Shown: positions 1 to 13,100 of the stretch, piece after piece
Numbering within the stretch: position 1 is the first letter of the stretch
How the letters are laid out: each line of letters begins with the position of its first letter
Assembly (NCBI GenBank): GCA_965287045.1
Contig: OZ336874.1
Coordinates: 78,802,001 to 78,866,000 of the forward strand
Direction: 5' to 3'
Source: Carcharhinus amblyrhynchos
Taxonomy: Eukaryota
Length of the DNA stretch: 64,000 nucleotides
Translations under genes and position numbers: made by a program
The notes under the pieces: generated by a model
What the model was told of the DNA's origin: nothing
The model's database searches: none
The model's input: only the letters and a program-made list of their open reading frames with translations

Positions 1-440
1 CCTCCCACACTCCCCAACTGGAAGCAATTTCACGGTGGGGCAGTCAGGGCCTCAGGGGTGTTAGGTTCAGGAATTCACTGCACCTCATCAGTAAATTGTA
101 AGGGTTTATTAGAAGTTCAAAATGTACACCAGTTTTTCAGTTTTGTTTGCTCTCTCTCTCTCTGCGTCTTACTGACAAGATGTTGTCAATCTTCTACCAG
201 ATATCTCCTGTCTCTCTGCCAGTCTGTGTAATCTCTCGATTGTTCTTGTACAATATTATTATTCAATACCCATTTACATTCAATGGTCCATTAAATACAT
301 CTGCAAAGGGTGGCCGACACCAATTCATTCTAACCTCCGATCATGCATTGTACAGGAGGTAAAGGTGGTCTTTGCCAAGGTTAGCTGAGAGCTGGGTGTG
401 TGCAGAACACATTTCAGCATTTTGTAGATTTGTAACATGA

Positions 441-1425
441 GGACCCGATTCTCCCATCCCGGCATGCACATATTTTGGTGCGTTGGGATGGGAGAATTGC
501 ATGCCAGCTATTTTGCGGGGTCTCTCACAGCTAGAGAACAGTCGGGACCACGCTGGAAACCGGCAGGAAGAGAGGCAAGTCATTTAAATCTGTCTTTAAT
601 GTATTTTAAATGTGATTATCGGGCCTGGACAGAATTCTCTGGGTCCAATAGCATCTCCCACCCCGCCAGGAGTATTTCACTCCAGCAGGGTTTAGGTAGC
701 TCCCTACTTGCGGGGAATGAGCCCATTGAAATAAAGGGGGGAAATTTGGGGCTCCCCCCAGGGGGTCAGCCTGTGGGGGGCTGGTGGCCCCTGGGCATGG
801 GCACCCTGGCACTGCCCAAGGGGCAAAGTCCCCATGTTCAGGGGAACTTTGACACTGCTCATCGAGCACCGGGTACTGCCAAGAGGGTGGGGCCAAAGAG
901 GCAAGGGGTGGGGATAAGGGGTCAGGGCCAAGTGGGTGGGGTCTATTGTGGGTGGTGACAAGGGGGCAGAGCCTATTGTGGGTAGGGCCAACGGGGCAAT
1001 CGATGCGGGTTGGGGGGTCCTGCTGCCGCTCTGCATTGGGATCGGTCAGGGTTGTTGGGAGGCCAGCGATCGGGGCAGGCTGATCTGCCAAGGGAGGGGT
1101 CTGCCTCTGTGAGGGGGTTGCCACTGCTGCGGAGTGGGACTGGAGATGAGGGCAATCCGGGGTGGGGGGGGGGGTTGTGGTGCGGGTGGTATAGCCAGCA
1201 CTGCAAGGGTCCCAGATCAGGGTCACTGCATATGCACAGAGTACCACAGCTGTCAGACTCTGGCACGAATAGGCCCCGTTCTCTCTGGGATTTTACTGAT
1301 ATTCATGATTGTGATGTCTGCAGTGCACAGTGTGTGGGAGATTCAGGTCTGAAGTTGAACTGAGAAAACAGTTGTGATTTCCACCAGTTTTTTCGCCGAT
1401 TCAGGATTTCTGGGAGAATAACCCC
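441..1425. repeat. GC-rich interspersed repeat, probably a non-autonomous DNA element
   Basis: G-run-rich block in AT-rich DNA; ends ATTCTCCCA...TGGGAGAAT; internal hairpin at ~447-500. Confidence 0.35.
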
Positions 1426-2546
1426 TGATATGTCCCAGCACAAGTGAACTTTAGCAGGGTTATCCCATGTGAAAATGTTGATAAACATATTCCATTTATC
1501 CCATCATACTAACATGTGAGAATGTTAATAAGAATATATCCTTGAAAATGTTGCACAAATGTTGGACCTAAAAAAGGTAAAATAAATGTAAAATGGAAGT
1601 AATATAAAACAGAGGCTTCCCACAGGGGGAATGTCTGCCTTTGCCCAGTTAAGGGGTTAAGTAGCTGTTTAATTGCCACAAGAGCTTTTTCCCACCCAGT
1701 TTCAATTTTCAGACTGACGGGCAAATGCTGGATCAAGGAGAGTAAAGAGAAAAACCATCAAACCTTTATCTCCATCTCAAACCTCCTTCTGATTTGGGGT
1801 GCCCTCCCTTACCGTACTCTCCGCAGGACACCTACCACTTACCTATTCTCTATGTGTCGAAACCTAGCTCCAGGCACATTGCTGCAGTGTCTCTTCTAAC
1901 CACTGCACCGCTGTGTCTGGAGGGTCTGGAGACCGGCTGGCCAATCAGTATGGCTGGCATCTCTCCAAGGCAGCTTACACCCAAAACTCTGCAGCCCAAA
2001 ACGTCTCCTACAATTTATTTCATTTGCTCATCACCCTTGGGCTCACTGACCAGCATCAGTTTGCCAGAACTTCATATTTAATACTGTTATCCTTATGTTC
2101 AAATCGCAATATTATCTTACCCTATACCCTCACCCATCTCTGTACCTTGTCTATCATATGAGAACTTAGTTTTCCTCCAGTTCTGGAACTCATGCATTAT
2201 TGACAATGTTCACCAGTCCACTCCAAATTTCTCTGCTTCTCCAGCTCACTTTCCCTCTTCAAATCTTTTTCACCAAGTTTTTAGTCACTCGTCCTATTAT
2301 CACATCTTTGATTGAGTGTCAGTTTTTGTTGCATTGTACTCCAATGGTGCATCTTAAGGCAGTTCTTATGTTAAAGTTATATCAATGAAAGCTACTGATT
2401 TTGCTGATTTCATTTAAGGTAAAACCTTCAGAGTTCTTTTGAAATTAAGAATTAGCACAGCTTCATCCATGTCAGTGTTAATATGACTCCACAGTAGATA
2501 AGCTGAAGATTATAGTTCAGTTAATTAACTGATGTGTTTTATTTTG

Positions 2547-2734
2547 GAAAGAAATCCCACAACACCAGCTTAAAGTTCAAACAGGTTTATTTGTAGCAAA
2601 AGCCGCAAGCTTCCGGGACAGCCAGTCCCAAAAGCTTGCGGCTTTTGCTACAAATAAACCTGTTTGAACTCTAAGCTGGTGTTGTGGGATTTCTTTCTGT
2701 TTTACCCCAGTCCAACGCCGGCATCTCCGCATCA
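2547..2734. mobile_element. Penelope-derived hairpin element, copy 1
   Basis: 73-bp inverted arms (2547-2619 / 2625-2697, 3 mismatches, 5-nt loop) plus tail ...ccccagtccaacgccggcatctcc; flanked by ttttattttgga / ttttattctgga. Confidence 0.75.
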
Positions 2735-2965
2735 TTTTATTCTGGAGGCAGCCTAAGGAGGGTGTTTACGAACAGATTCTTTAAATATGGAAGAAAATTC
2801 AGCAAAAGTATTTCAAAATGTAACAGCAAAAAAACTGTCAAGATTGATCTTAATGAAGGTTATTTTTCAAAGTCAACTTGTAGTGCAATTTTGATATGTC
2901 ATAATTTTCCCTACTTTGTAAGAATGGTGTCAGATAGGGGACTGCAGTAAAAGTAAATCTCTTTC

Positions 2966-3887
2966 CACCAAAATTGGTGGAAAGGCAAATTGTGCGGAGG
3001 GTGGGGAGAGTCTACAGAAGGATCTAGATAGGCTGGGCAAATGGGCCAGGAAATGGCAAATGGAATTTAATGTTGGCAAGTGCGAGGTGGTCCACTTTGG
3101 TAGGAATAATGGTAGGAAGGATTATTACTTACGTGGAGAAAAACTGCAGCAGGCGACGGTGCAGAGGGACCTCGGGGTCCTTGTGCATGAGTCGCAAAAA
3201 CCCAGCTTGCAGGTGCAGCAGGTGGTCAGGAAGGCAAATGGGATGCTGGTTTTCATCGCGAGGGGGACTGAATATAAAAGTAGGGAGGTCTTGCTGCGGC
3301 TGTATAGGGCATTGGTGAGGCCGCAGCTTGAGTACTGTGTGCAGTTTTGGGCGCCGTACTTACGCAAGGATATTTTGGCCTTGGAGGGAGTGCAGAGGAG
3401 GTTTACTAGGCTGATGCCGGAGTTGAGGGGGTTGAACTATGAGGAGAGGCTGAATAGATTAGGCTTGTACTCGTTAGAGTTTAGAAGAATGAGGGGAGAT
3501 CTCATTGAGACGTATAAGATGATGAATGGGATGGATAGGATAGAGGTGGAGAGACTCTTCCCGCTCAGAAAGGACTAGGGGGCATAGCCTCAAGATAAAG
3601 GGGGGAACGGTTTAGAACGGAGTTGAGGAGGAACTTCTTCACTCAAAGGGTGGTGAATCTCTGGAATTCTCTGCCCGTTGAAGTGGTGGAGTCTGCCTCG
3701 CTAAATATTTTTAAGACGCGGGTTGATGGGTTTTTGATAAGAGAGGGGATTAAGGGTTATGGGGAGAGGGCGGGAATGTGGAACTGAGCCACGACAGATC
3801 AGCCATGATCTTATTGAATGGTGGGGCAGGCTCGAAGGACTAGATGGCCTACTCCTGCTCCTATTTCTTATGTTCTTATGTTCTTAT
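2966..3887 (+). mobile_element. CR1/HER1-type LINE, 5'-truncated young copy
   Basis: ORF 3060..3578 is the CR1 ORF2 C-terminus ([17 protein letters not shown]); a small deletion near 3575 gives a premature stop; (TTCTTATG)n 3' terminus. Confidence 0.95.
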
Positions 3888-4138
3888 ATTCTAACTCACA
3901 CTGTTAGTATCAGTAGAACCAATTTGATAAAAATTCATTAAAAATAGAAAAAAAGGGTAACAGCCACTGCTAATTATTATTTACTGCCATCCAATCATAT
4001 AAAAGAAACTAACAACTGAAAAAATAAAGTTTGTGTTCTTAATTTTCACAATATCATTTGTTGCTTTATGTACTTTCTATTTACAGTCTCAGAATTTAAA
4101 GATTTGGACATATCAGGAAGCCTTCAGCTTCCCTCAAG

Positions 4139-4193
4139 ATGACTCGGAGAAGGAGAAGGAGCAGAAAAAGGAAATGTTCCAATTCCAAAGAGA
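4139..4193 (+). CDS. pdzph1: pdzph1 coding exon 1 ([18 protein letters not shown]); exon begins at 4087 with 5' UTR
   Basis: Acceptor tttctatttacag|4087; ATG at 4139; donor GAGA|gtaagt at 4194; phase 1 joins in frame to 6440 (A+GT=Ser). Confidence 0.75.
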
Positions 4194-7100
4194 GTAAGTA
4201 GGTTGTCAAGATTGTTTTTAGAAATTCATCAATGTTTATATGCAGCTAAAATCAAGCAACAGTGAAAGATAAAATAATGCATGACAAATTACAATTAAAT
4301 AAGGTTAGCACTGTTGCTTCACAGCACCAGGGACTTGGGTTTGATTTCTGGTTTGGGTCATTGTCTGTGCAGGGTCTGCATGTTCTCCCCATGTCTGCGT
4401 GGGTTTCCTCTGGGTGTTCTGGTTTCCTCCCACAGTGCAAAGATGTACAGTTTAGGTTGATTGGCTATGCTAAATTGCCCCTTAGTGTCATGGCATTTAG
4501 CAGGGTAAATACAGGAGATAAATGTGGGAATAGGGCCTGGGCGGGATTGTTGTCAGAGCAGGCTCGATGGGCCTTCTGCACTGTAGGGCTTTTATGACAC
4601 CAATGGTGATACAAGTGGATCTTGCAATATTGTTTCATAACAAAGGTTAACAGGAAAGTTATGTTTTTTTGCCTGTGACTAATTTTCTTACCCTCCATTT
4701 CTCGTGTCTCTTCTGTTTATCTTTATGTTTTCCATTATTTCTGTGTACACTTTTACTAATTGCTTCTGTACTCCCATCTCTAACTCTTCATTCTGTCTCC
4801 ATTTTTGTAAATTTCTATCTTTTACATAATATTTCACTATAATCTTTTCTCTCTCCACATGTTTCGCCAAGTTTACAGAATTTGCATCTTTTACTTTTCC
4901 AAGGACTGGCATTATTGTGAGCATAAAGCACCTGGTTAAAGGTGTCTGTATTTATTCCAAATAGGAAAAGACCAAAGCTGAATAGGAAAAAGTGTCTAGA
5001 ATACATTGAAAATTGCAATGGTACATGAGAAACTGGAGTGAAAATGCAGACTGGAAGAGGACGGGATCAGGACCAGAGGCAGCAGAGAGGTCATAAGCTG
5101 GCCAAGTGGTCATCCTGTTGGTTTTGCAATGTGATGGTTGTCATGGAATTACTGCAGCCTAGGAGGATGACAGATAAACCAGGATCTGAGTCTAAACTGG
5201 AACAAAGGACTAGGACTGTGTGGGGAGATGGTTGGATTTAATGCCAGGTGGGTAGGAACTGAGGTAGGCTCTCAAACCAATGATGGAAGGAAAGTGCTGG
5301 AGAGAGGGTGGATCTGAGTTTCTGGATGTAAGCCTTATTTTGTTCTTGGAAACAAGGGAAGATTGGACCAAAATTTGACCTGAACAGAAGAAGTTTACAA
5401 GAATGTTGCCAGGGCTAGAAAATTGTAGCTGCAAGGAGAGGTTAGTTAGGTCGGGCTAATTTTCCTTAGTACAAAGAAGGCTGAGAGATAACTTGATTCA
5501 GATGTACAAAATTGAGAAGGGATAGAGTGGTCAGGGTAAAATTGTTTCAAAACCAGGACACATTAATTCAAGATAAGTGGCTGAAGGTGTAGTGGGGACA
5601 TGACAAAGAATTTTTTTGCATAGGATAGTTGATGTCTGGAATTTGCTGCTTGAGTTGGTGGTGGAGGCAGAGACCCTAAACTCTTTTAAACATACCTGGA
5701 TTGTACCTTAAGTGCTGTAAGGTACAGGGTTACGGACTGGGCACAGGAAAGTTGGGTTAGAAAGGGCACCTGGGTATCCTCGGGCCTGGATTGACAAGTA
5801 TCAGCAGCAAACTTGGATTTACAGCTTTTTATTTCTTCATCCAATATAGAGTAGAAAACGAAATCCCAGTACAAATACCAAGGGACACGTCCCTTTCACT
5901 TCCCACTAATTGGAAAATATTCCCCTTTCCCCACTTCTGTCCCCAAATTCCCAATTAAATACCAATCCATTTGAAAAATTAACATAGAGCAATGATAAAA
6001 ATAGAAAATGGAGTACATGACACAAGCCCAGTACAAATGACTAAGATTAGTGTGATTGATTGCTTCACGGAGAAGCTGGATAAATATTTTGTTGGAAATG
6101 AAGTTGAAAGTTATTGGAATAGATATAGACTGAGATAATTAAATACACCACTAGACTCAATGAGATTGTTCTGATTCACAAGGCAGAAATAGAAGGGTTA
6201 GGAATATTCTAAAATTTATTTCATTACCTTTGAGAGTCGAGTTCTATTTTTGTACAACCTTGCCTCAAATGATTAAATGGATGGGATGGAGTTAATAATA
6301 GGATATAATATGAAAATGAATTATTGAAGTAGTGAGGTTGATTGGCCGAATGCGTTTATCTGCATATTTTCTAATGACAAATTTTAACTTGTCCTTTATA
6401 TAACCTTTACATTAACTGAATATACATTTTCCTTTTAAGGTGGCAGTTTGCCCATTGAGTCCAACTGTCTGAATACCAACACTGAAAAGTTGGAAGACAA
6501 AATATCCATGAACTCTCCCAGGAAAAATAAAACTGCTCCACCAGAGAGTGGAGTAGCACAGTCATCTGAGGAAAGCAGCGATGAAGATAGTAGGAAAAAT
6601 TGTCAAGGTGCATTCAAATCCAAAACACAACAAAATGTATCAGACTACAATGTATACACAGGAAAGGACAAAATCATCTTCCAAACATTGATTCAACAAG
6701 CTTCAGCAGAAATGATAACAGTCACAATAGAACATTCACGGTTAGATCCAGAAATAATCGAACCAAGTGGAATTACTTTGCAGCATCAGCAACTTCCAAA
6801 AAAAACAAAAGCTGATAACACAGAGCAAAAGCTTTCTGCCAAAGTGAGATGCAATTTATCCAGCATTGAAGTGGAAATCAAAAATATTTCATTTTCTGGT
6901 GATGGAGCAACTTTTGTGATAGGAAACAGAGGAAGTGTATTCGATAAGGATGACTGGTCAACACGTCAACGGCATGATTCGCTCTTGTCCTGCTCTGCAA
7001 CTTCAACCAATGGCATGCGACCAACTGATAGAAATTCTTGGCTAAAACTTAATATAACAACAAATGACACAGATCTGAGGATACCTGGGAGACATAACTT

Positions 7101-10100
7101 CAGACACAGGGATGATATTTTAACAAATAAACAAAACTTTTATGAAAATTTTGCACATGAAAAGAAACATAATGATGATAGGATTTTATATCCCAATGGC
7201 TACCCAGAATCGCAAGGACCTTGTAGCTCATTCACAATGTCAGACTTCAGTTTTCTCTCTGGACAGCACAGGTCCAGTCAAAGTCTATATACAGATTGTT
7301 CTTTGAATGTGCCACCTCCTGAAGTGTTTGCAGATGACCGTGAAGATATGGAACCATTCACCATGACGCCTGAGAGCAGATATAAAGTTCAATCGAATCA
7401 TGGCAGAGAGTCTGATAACTCACCTGTTACATCAGCAGATTCAGAGGGACATCATTCCTCAGAGCTAAACGAAATGATGGAGAAACAATCTCCAAATTCA
7501 AGATCCGAATCCTCTTCTACAGATAGTAGACAGGATTGCACTATGGGCATTTGGAAATATTTATCTAAATATGACCTCAGATTCCAAGCATTAGAGGAAT
7601 CTCCTGCACCATTCAGAACAAGTCCTACAAAGAATGAGCTTGTCAAAAGTAAAATGAAATTCAGAATAAAAAGCATTGCTGACATAAACAGTTCTTCTAC
7701 ACAAAGTGATTATCAGAAACGACTAGGGGTAAGGAGAAAAACATATCCAGAAGTGGATACTATCAGTATTGCTTTTCAGATGGAATGGAAGGAAATTCCA
7801 AATCTTCTGTACCAAGGGCAGCAGCATTCTTCACTTACTCCTCTTCCCCCTTTCTTTATACAGACACTTCCCAGGAAACAAGGTAAACCAGAGAGAGTTT
7901 CTATTGAAGATATTAAAAGTTATATGGGTTTTCAGGAATACAGCAGTCAGGGCAGGGGAAACTGCATGGATTCCCAAGACTGGGGTAGAATCAATCACTG
8001 GTCTTCATCAGACACATTGAGTCTCGTGAAATCCCCAGAAATGAATTCTAGTATATTAGCTGGCAACAACACTGGTTCATTTGGATTTGAATCTGAAGAA
8101 AGTATCGATAATCTGTTTTGTCTGAATCCAGGTTCTCAATCAGAATTTAATGGGGATAGTGACATTTTTAGAACAGATTTGTGCTTATGTCAAAGTACAT
8201 TCTCTAAGGAAGGAATGAACATTTTCACCAATAGAGATGTAGATTCGTGGCAAATGGTAGAGCCACAGGAGCAAGGTGATTTTCCAGAAAGTGGATTTGA
8301 CGAAACTTTAGATAGTGACTATCCAAGTGAAATAGTTGAGGACATGACACGAACAACTGAACAACTTCAGATTCACGTCACTCCATCGTCACAAAGCTCA
8401 ACAAGTGACTATGTATCAAGTCAGGCAAATAACTTATCAGCAGAATTGGCAGATGGGTTGAATACCACTTCTGAGTTGAATGCAGGTGTCACAAAAAAGA
8501 CAGCCGATAAAAACACCGAATTCAAGAAGAGAAGACGGTCAGTGACAATATTACAGACAAGGACTCTTGATCAAAGGCTAATTATTCAAAATAGCAGTTG
8601 TATGACTGGAAATGCTAATGTTTCACAACATTGCCCTGCATTTGATGAATTTAATGAGGAAGAGACATTGATCAGTGCATTGAATTCAGCAGAAATGCCT
8701 AATGATGAACCAGACTGTAGTCCCTCAGGCACTGTGGGACATGTGCATGCTTCACTCGCAACTGAACATCTGTCACAGACTTCCCTTACTACAACGATGG
8801 ATACTCTTGAACAGAACCTTGAGAATGCAGATTCCTCAACTTGCAAAGAAGAAGAGAGCAGTCTTCCTAAAGACTTACAGGGGGAACCAATGCATGTTCA
8901 TTTTGCCAATAACAAGCAAGATAGTTACATAGAATATTGTACTGACCAAAATGACAATGCTCAGATTCAGGGGGAAGAAAAGGAAACAGTGAACAGGGAC
9001 ACGGATGGTGAAGACAAACCTGTGACAGTCAACTGTCCAAGTGAAGTTGCAGAACAGCCAGACAATGCAATATCCAATGAAAGTCAGAAAGAAGTGCAAA
9101 CAAATTGCCAGCAGACAGAGTGCACTGAGAAAACAAAATGGCAGCAAGGTATGATTAATGGGAAACCATAGATATCCAATTTTTTCTAGTTCATGGGAGA
9201 TGGGCGTCGCCGGTTGGCCAGCATTTATTGCCCATCCCTAGTTCCCGAGGACAGTTGAGAGTCAACCACATTGCTGTAGCTTGGGAGTCACATGTAGACA
9301 AGAGCAGGTAAGGATAGCAGTTTTCCTTCCCTAAAGGGCATTAGTGAACCAGATGGGTTTTTCCAATAATCGACAATTGCTTCATAGAACATAGAACATT
9401 ACAGCGCAGTACAGGCCCTTCGGCCCTCAATGTTGCGCCGACCAGTGGAACCAATCCAATGACCCTCTAACCTAAACTATTCCAATGTTATCCATATGAT
9501 ATGACAACTTTTCATGATCATCAGTAGATTCCTAATTCCAGAATTTTTTATTGAATTCAAATTCCACCATCTGCTGTGGTGGGATTCGAACCCAGGTCCC
9601 CAGAACATTAGCTGAGTTTCTGGATTAATAGTCTGGTGATAATATCACTAGGCCATCGCCTCACTGTGATTAGAGAAAAATCACCAAAATGAAATTAAAT
9701 AAAAGTAATGAACGTAAAGGCAAAATCATTTTCTAGGCTCCAACACAGAGCTGGTTTGCCAATGATGCTGGAATTCTTTAACAAGGTAACACCTGATTTT
9801 AGACACAGGGATTTGAGCAAGTATGGTTAAATGTTTCCTATAGTATATTACGAACAATAAATACGTGTAATGCTATGGGGAGAGCAAATTTATTGATATT
9901 TATCCAACTTTGTTTTCTTCTTCTGGATCAATTCTCGATTAATATTACAGAGAGTCAAGAATTAAAATAGTCTTGTACACTATATCCAGATCAATGCTAA
10001 TATCACAGAAGGAAAATGCTGCAGCTGATAGAAATATGAAATAACCCTTACTGATGATGCTCTGTTCCTAACCACTGGAGGGTGTGCAAGAGCAGCTTGG

Positions 10101-13100
10101 AGTGATTCACGCTCCAATTTTAATCCTGGATAGATTTCTTTTACACCAAGCCGATTATAGAATCAGAGAATCATAGAATCCCTCCAGTGCAGAAGGAGGC
10201 TATTTGGCCTATTGAGCCTGCACCGACAGCAATCTCCCCATATCCCCATGTATTTATCCTGATAATCCCCATGACTAACAGGCAAACCAGAGCACCAGTA
10301 CAAAACCCACGCAGACACGGGAAGGGTTTGCAAACTCCACACAGATAATCACCTGAGGCCGGAATTGAACCCGGGTCCCTGGTGAAATGAGGCAGCAGTG
10401 CTAACCACTGTGCCTCCGTGCCACCCATTGAATTATAAATTATAAATATAGAATTGGAACCCTGTTACTTATAAACATGCTAAATACACAGATGGCCCTC
10501 ACGATGGAGGAAATCTTGACCCATTCTGGAAAAATCAGCTCAGCTGAATTTGTCACTGAGTGACAGGTTGGCACACAGCATGGTACACCAAGTCCTGCAC
10601 CAATGAGAAGTACTTTTCAATCGGCTCTGTCCATTGACAACTTTTTCCTAAAATTCATGGTGAGACAAGTAATGTTACGTACTATGTTACTGTTCTTCAA
10701 ATTGCTGTGGCTCATTTCAGATAGTGTATAACTATTTGTCTTATAGGATAAACAAAACATAGCTTACGAATGCAAAAGTTGAAGACTTATAACATTATTG
10801 ATATGCTCTCTGATGCGAATAGATCTGAAGGCAGAAGCAAGTGGTCTTCTGCAGCTGCCCACTGATTCTGTGCAAAAAGATGGGGAGGTTAATGAGATTT
10901 GCAAGGTAACTGCTTCAACAGAAGGATCTGATCACTGGGCGAAGAGACGTAAACAGTTTAAGGAGAGCAAGCATTGCAACTCAACGGGAGCAAATTCAAT
11001 CACCAGCAATCAGGAATCAGGTAAGAAATGAGGACAGACATAAAGAAGGAAGTGGTAAAACATTTGATTTCTAGGTTTCAGTATTCCTTGGGCTCTGCTT
11101 TTCAAAATTCTTTGGGAATATTTACCTGCTGGCTATCTATCTTTTTAAGATGCCTACACAGTACACAAACAGAATCAGAAACTCATTGTTTAGGCAACAT
11201 CTGTAGCGACAATTTACAAATGAACCTTTCAGATGTGAACCTTTTTATTAAAATGGAAAGATATAGAACTAACACGGGTGGCACTATGGCCTCAGAGTGC
11301 CAGAGACCCGGGTGCAATTTCGGTCTCAGGTCACTGTCTGTGTGAAATTTGCACATTCTCCCCATATCTGTGTGTGTTTCCTCCTGGTGCTCCGGTTTCC
11401 TCCCACACTCCAAAGATGCGCTTTTAGGCTGATTGATTGGGTAACAAATTGTCCCTATATTGGACCTCCCTGATCCTCGCACATTAGGCGTAGACTAAAA
11501 TCATGAATAGGTCACTGAGACAATGGGACGGCGGCGCGGGCTCGTTGGGCCGAAGGGCCTGTTTCCCGTGCTGTGTTGTTCTTTGTTCTTTGTTCTTTGT
11601 ATATGCGGATTAGTTGGATTGGCCATGCTAAATTGACCCTAGTGTCAGGGAATTAGCAGGGTAAATATGTGGGGATATGGAAATAGGGCTTGGGTGGGAT
11701 TGTGGTCGATTCAGACTCGATGGGACAAATGGCTTCCTTCCTTCTACACTGTAGGGATTCTACGATTCTATGAACAGCAGTTAAAAGGGAATAGAATGAG
11801 GGCAATGGGGGACAGTAAAACATAAATATGTTCACGCAAACAGGAGAATCATTTGGGTCCCTGTAAATTAAGAACAGGAGATGCTTAACTGGAAATGATA
11901 GCTTTGAGATGTGGGAATATGAGGAGGAAAGGGATGCATGAAAAACTGGCACAAAAGGATCAGGCTTCAAAAGGCCAGACATCTGGCAAGAAGAAAAAAC
12001 TGACACCCAGGTGGCAATTTTAATTATGCTGTGGGATTGCCTAACTTTGTCTATCGCATTCTGCCACTGAGGTTTGGCACACAAGTATTCCTTCATTAAG
12101 GCTTCACCAGATTGACACTTTATTTTTAAATATGTCTGGTATTGCTCCTGGCACCATCATCTTCACTGAACCAGATCCCCTGGCTTACTGATAATAAGTG
12201 GCAGGCTGGCAAATGGACAGCAGGGTGGCACAGTGGTTAGCACTGCTGCCTTACAGCACCAGAGACCTGGGTTCAATTCCAGCCTTGGGTGACTCTGTGG
12301 AGTTTGCACATTCTCCCCGTGTCCATGTGGGTTTCCTCTGGGTACTCCAGTTTCTTTCCACAGTCCAAATATGTGCATTTGGTTGACTGGCCATACTAAA
12401 TTGCCCCATAATATCAAGGGTGCTGGCAGGATTACGGGGATAGGCATGGGTGCGATTGTTGTTGGTGCAACCTCCATGGTCAAATGGCCTCCTTCTGCAC
12501 TGTAGTGATTCTATGGTAGTGTGGGGGATATGCTGGCCATGAGGTTACAAATTGTGGTTGAGTACAATTCTGCTGCTGCTGATGGCTCACAGTGCTTCAT
12601 GGTTGCTCAATTTTGAGTTGCTAGAACAGTTCAAAGTCCATCCTATCTCTCCCAGTGGTAGTGCCACACAACACCATGGAGCGTATCTTCAATGTGGAGA
12701 ACTTTGTCATCACAAGGACAGTGCAGTTGTCACTCCTACTGACACTTTCATGGACAGATACATCTGTGACAGGCAGACTGATAAGTATGAAGTCAGTAGG
12801 TTTTTTCTCTTGTTGGTTTCGTCATCAGTTGCCGCTATCCCTGTCTAGCAGTCATGCGCTTTAAAACCTGGCCAACTCGGTCTATAGTGATGCTACCAAG
12901 CCACTCTTGGTGATGGACTTGAAGTCCCCCACTCATTCTACACCTTTGCTGCCCTTGCTGCTTAAGTGGACTTGAACATGGAAGAGTACTGATTCACCAG
13001 TTGAAGGCTTAATCAGGTAGATTACAGTTTTCCAAACTTTTGAGCTGTGGAAACTCTACTGACACCTCCAGTGCAACAAGGAACCCAAGCATTCTCGTAA

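Noticed and set aside
59-335. Possible solo LTR (TGTTAG...CTAAC) at the window start, and a similar stretch around 36360-38770
   Set aside because: Only terminal resemblance; no TSD, PBS or second copy to support a call.
437-1363. Overlapping 100-210 aa ORFs on both strands
   Set aside because: Gly/Pro-rich translations of a GC-rich repeat; no domain motifs or splice context.
9149-9171. Treating ORF 6448..9171 as a single-exon 907-aa gene
   Set aside because: It starts at a non-ATG codon just after a splice acceptor and has a donor at 9149 that joins in frame to downstream exons.
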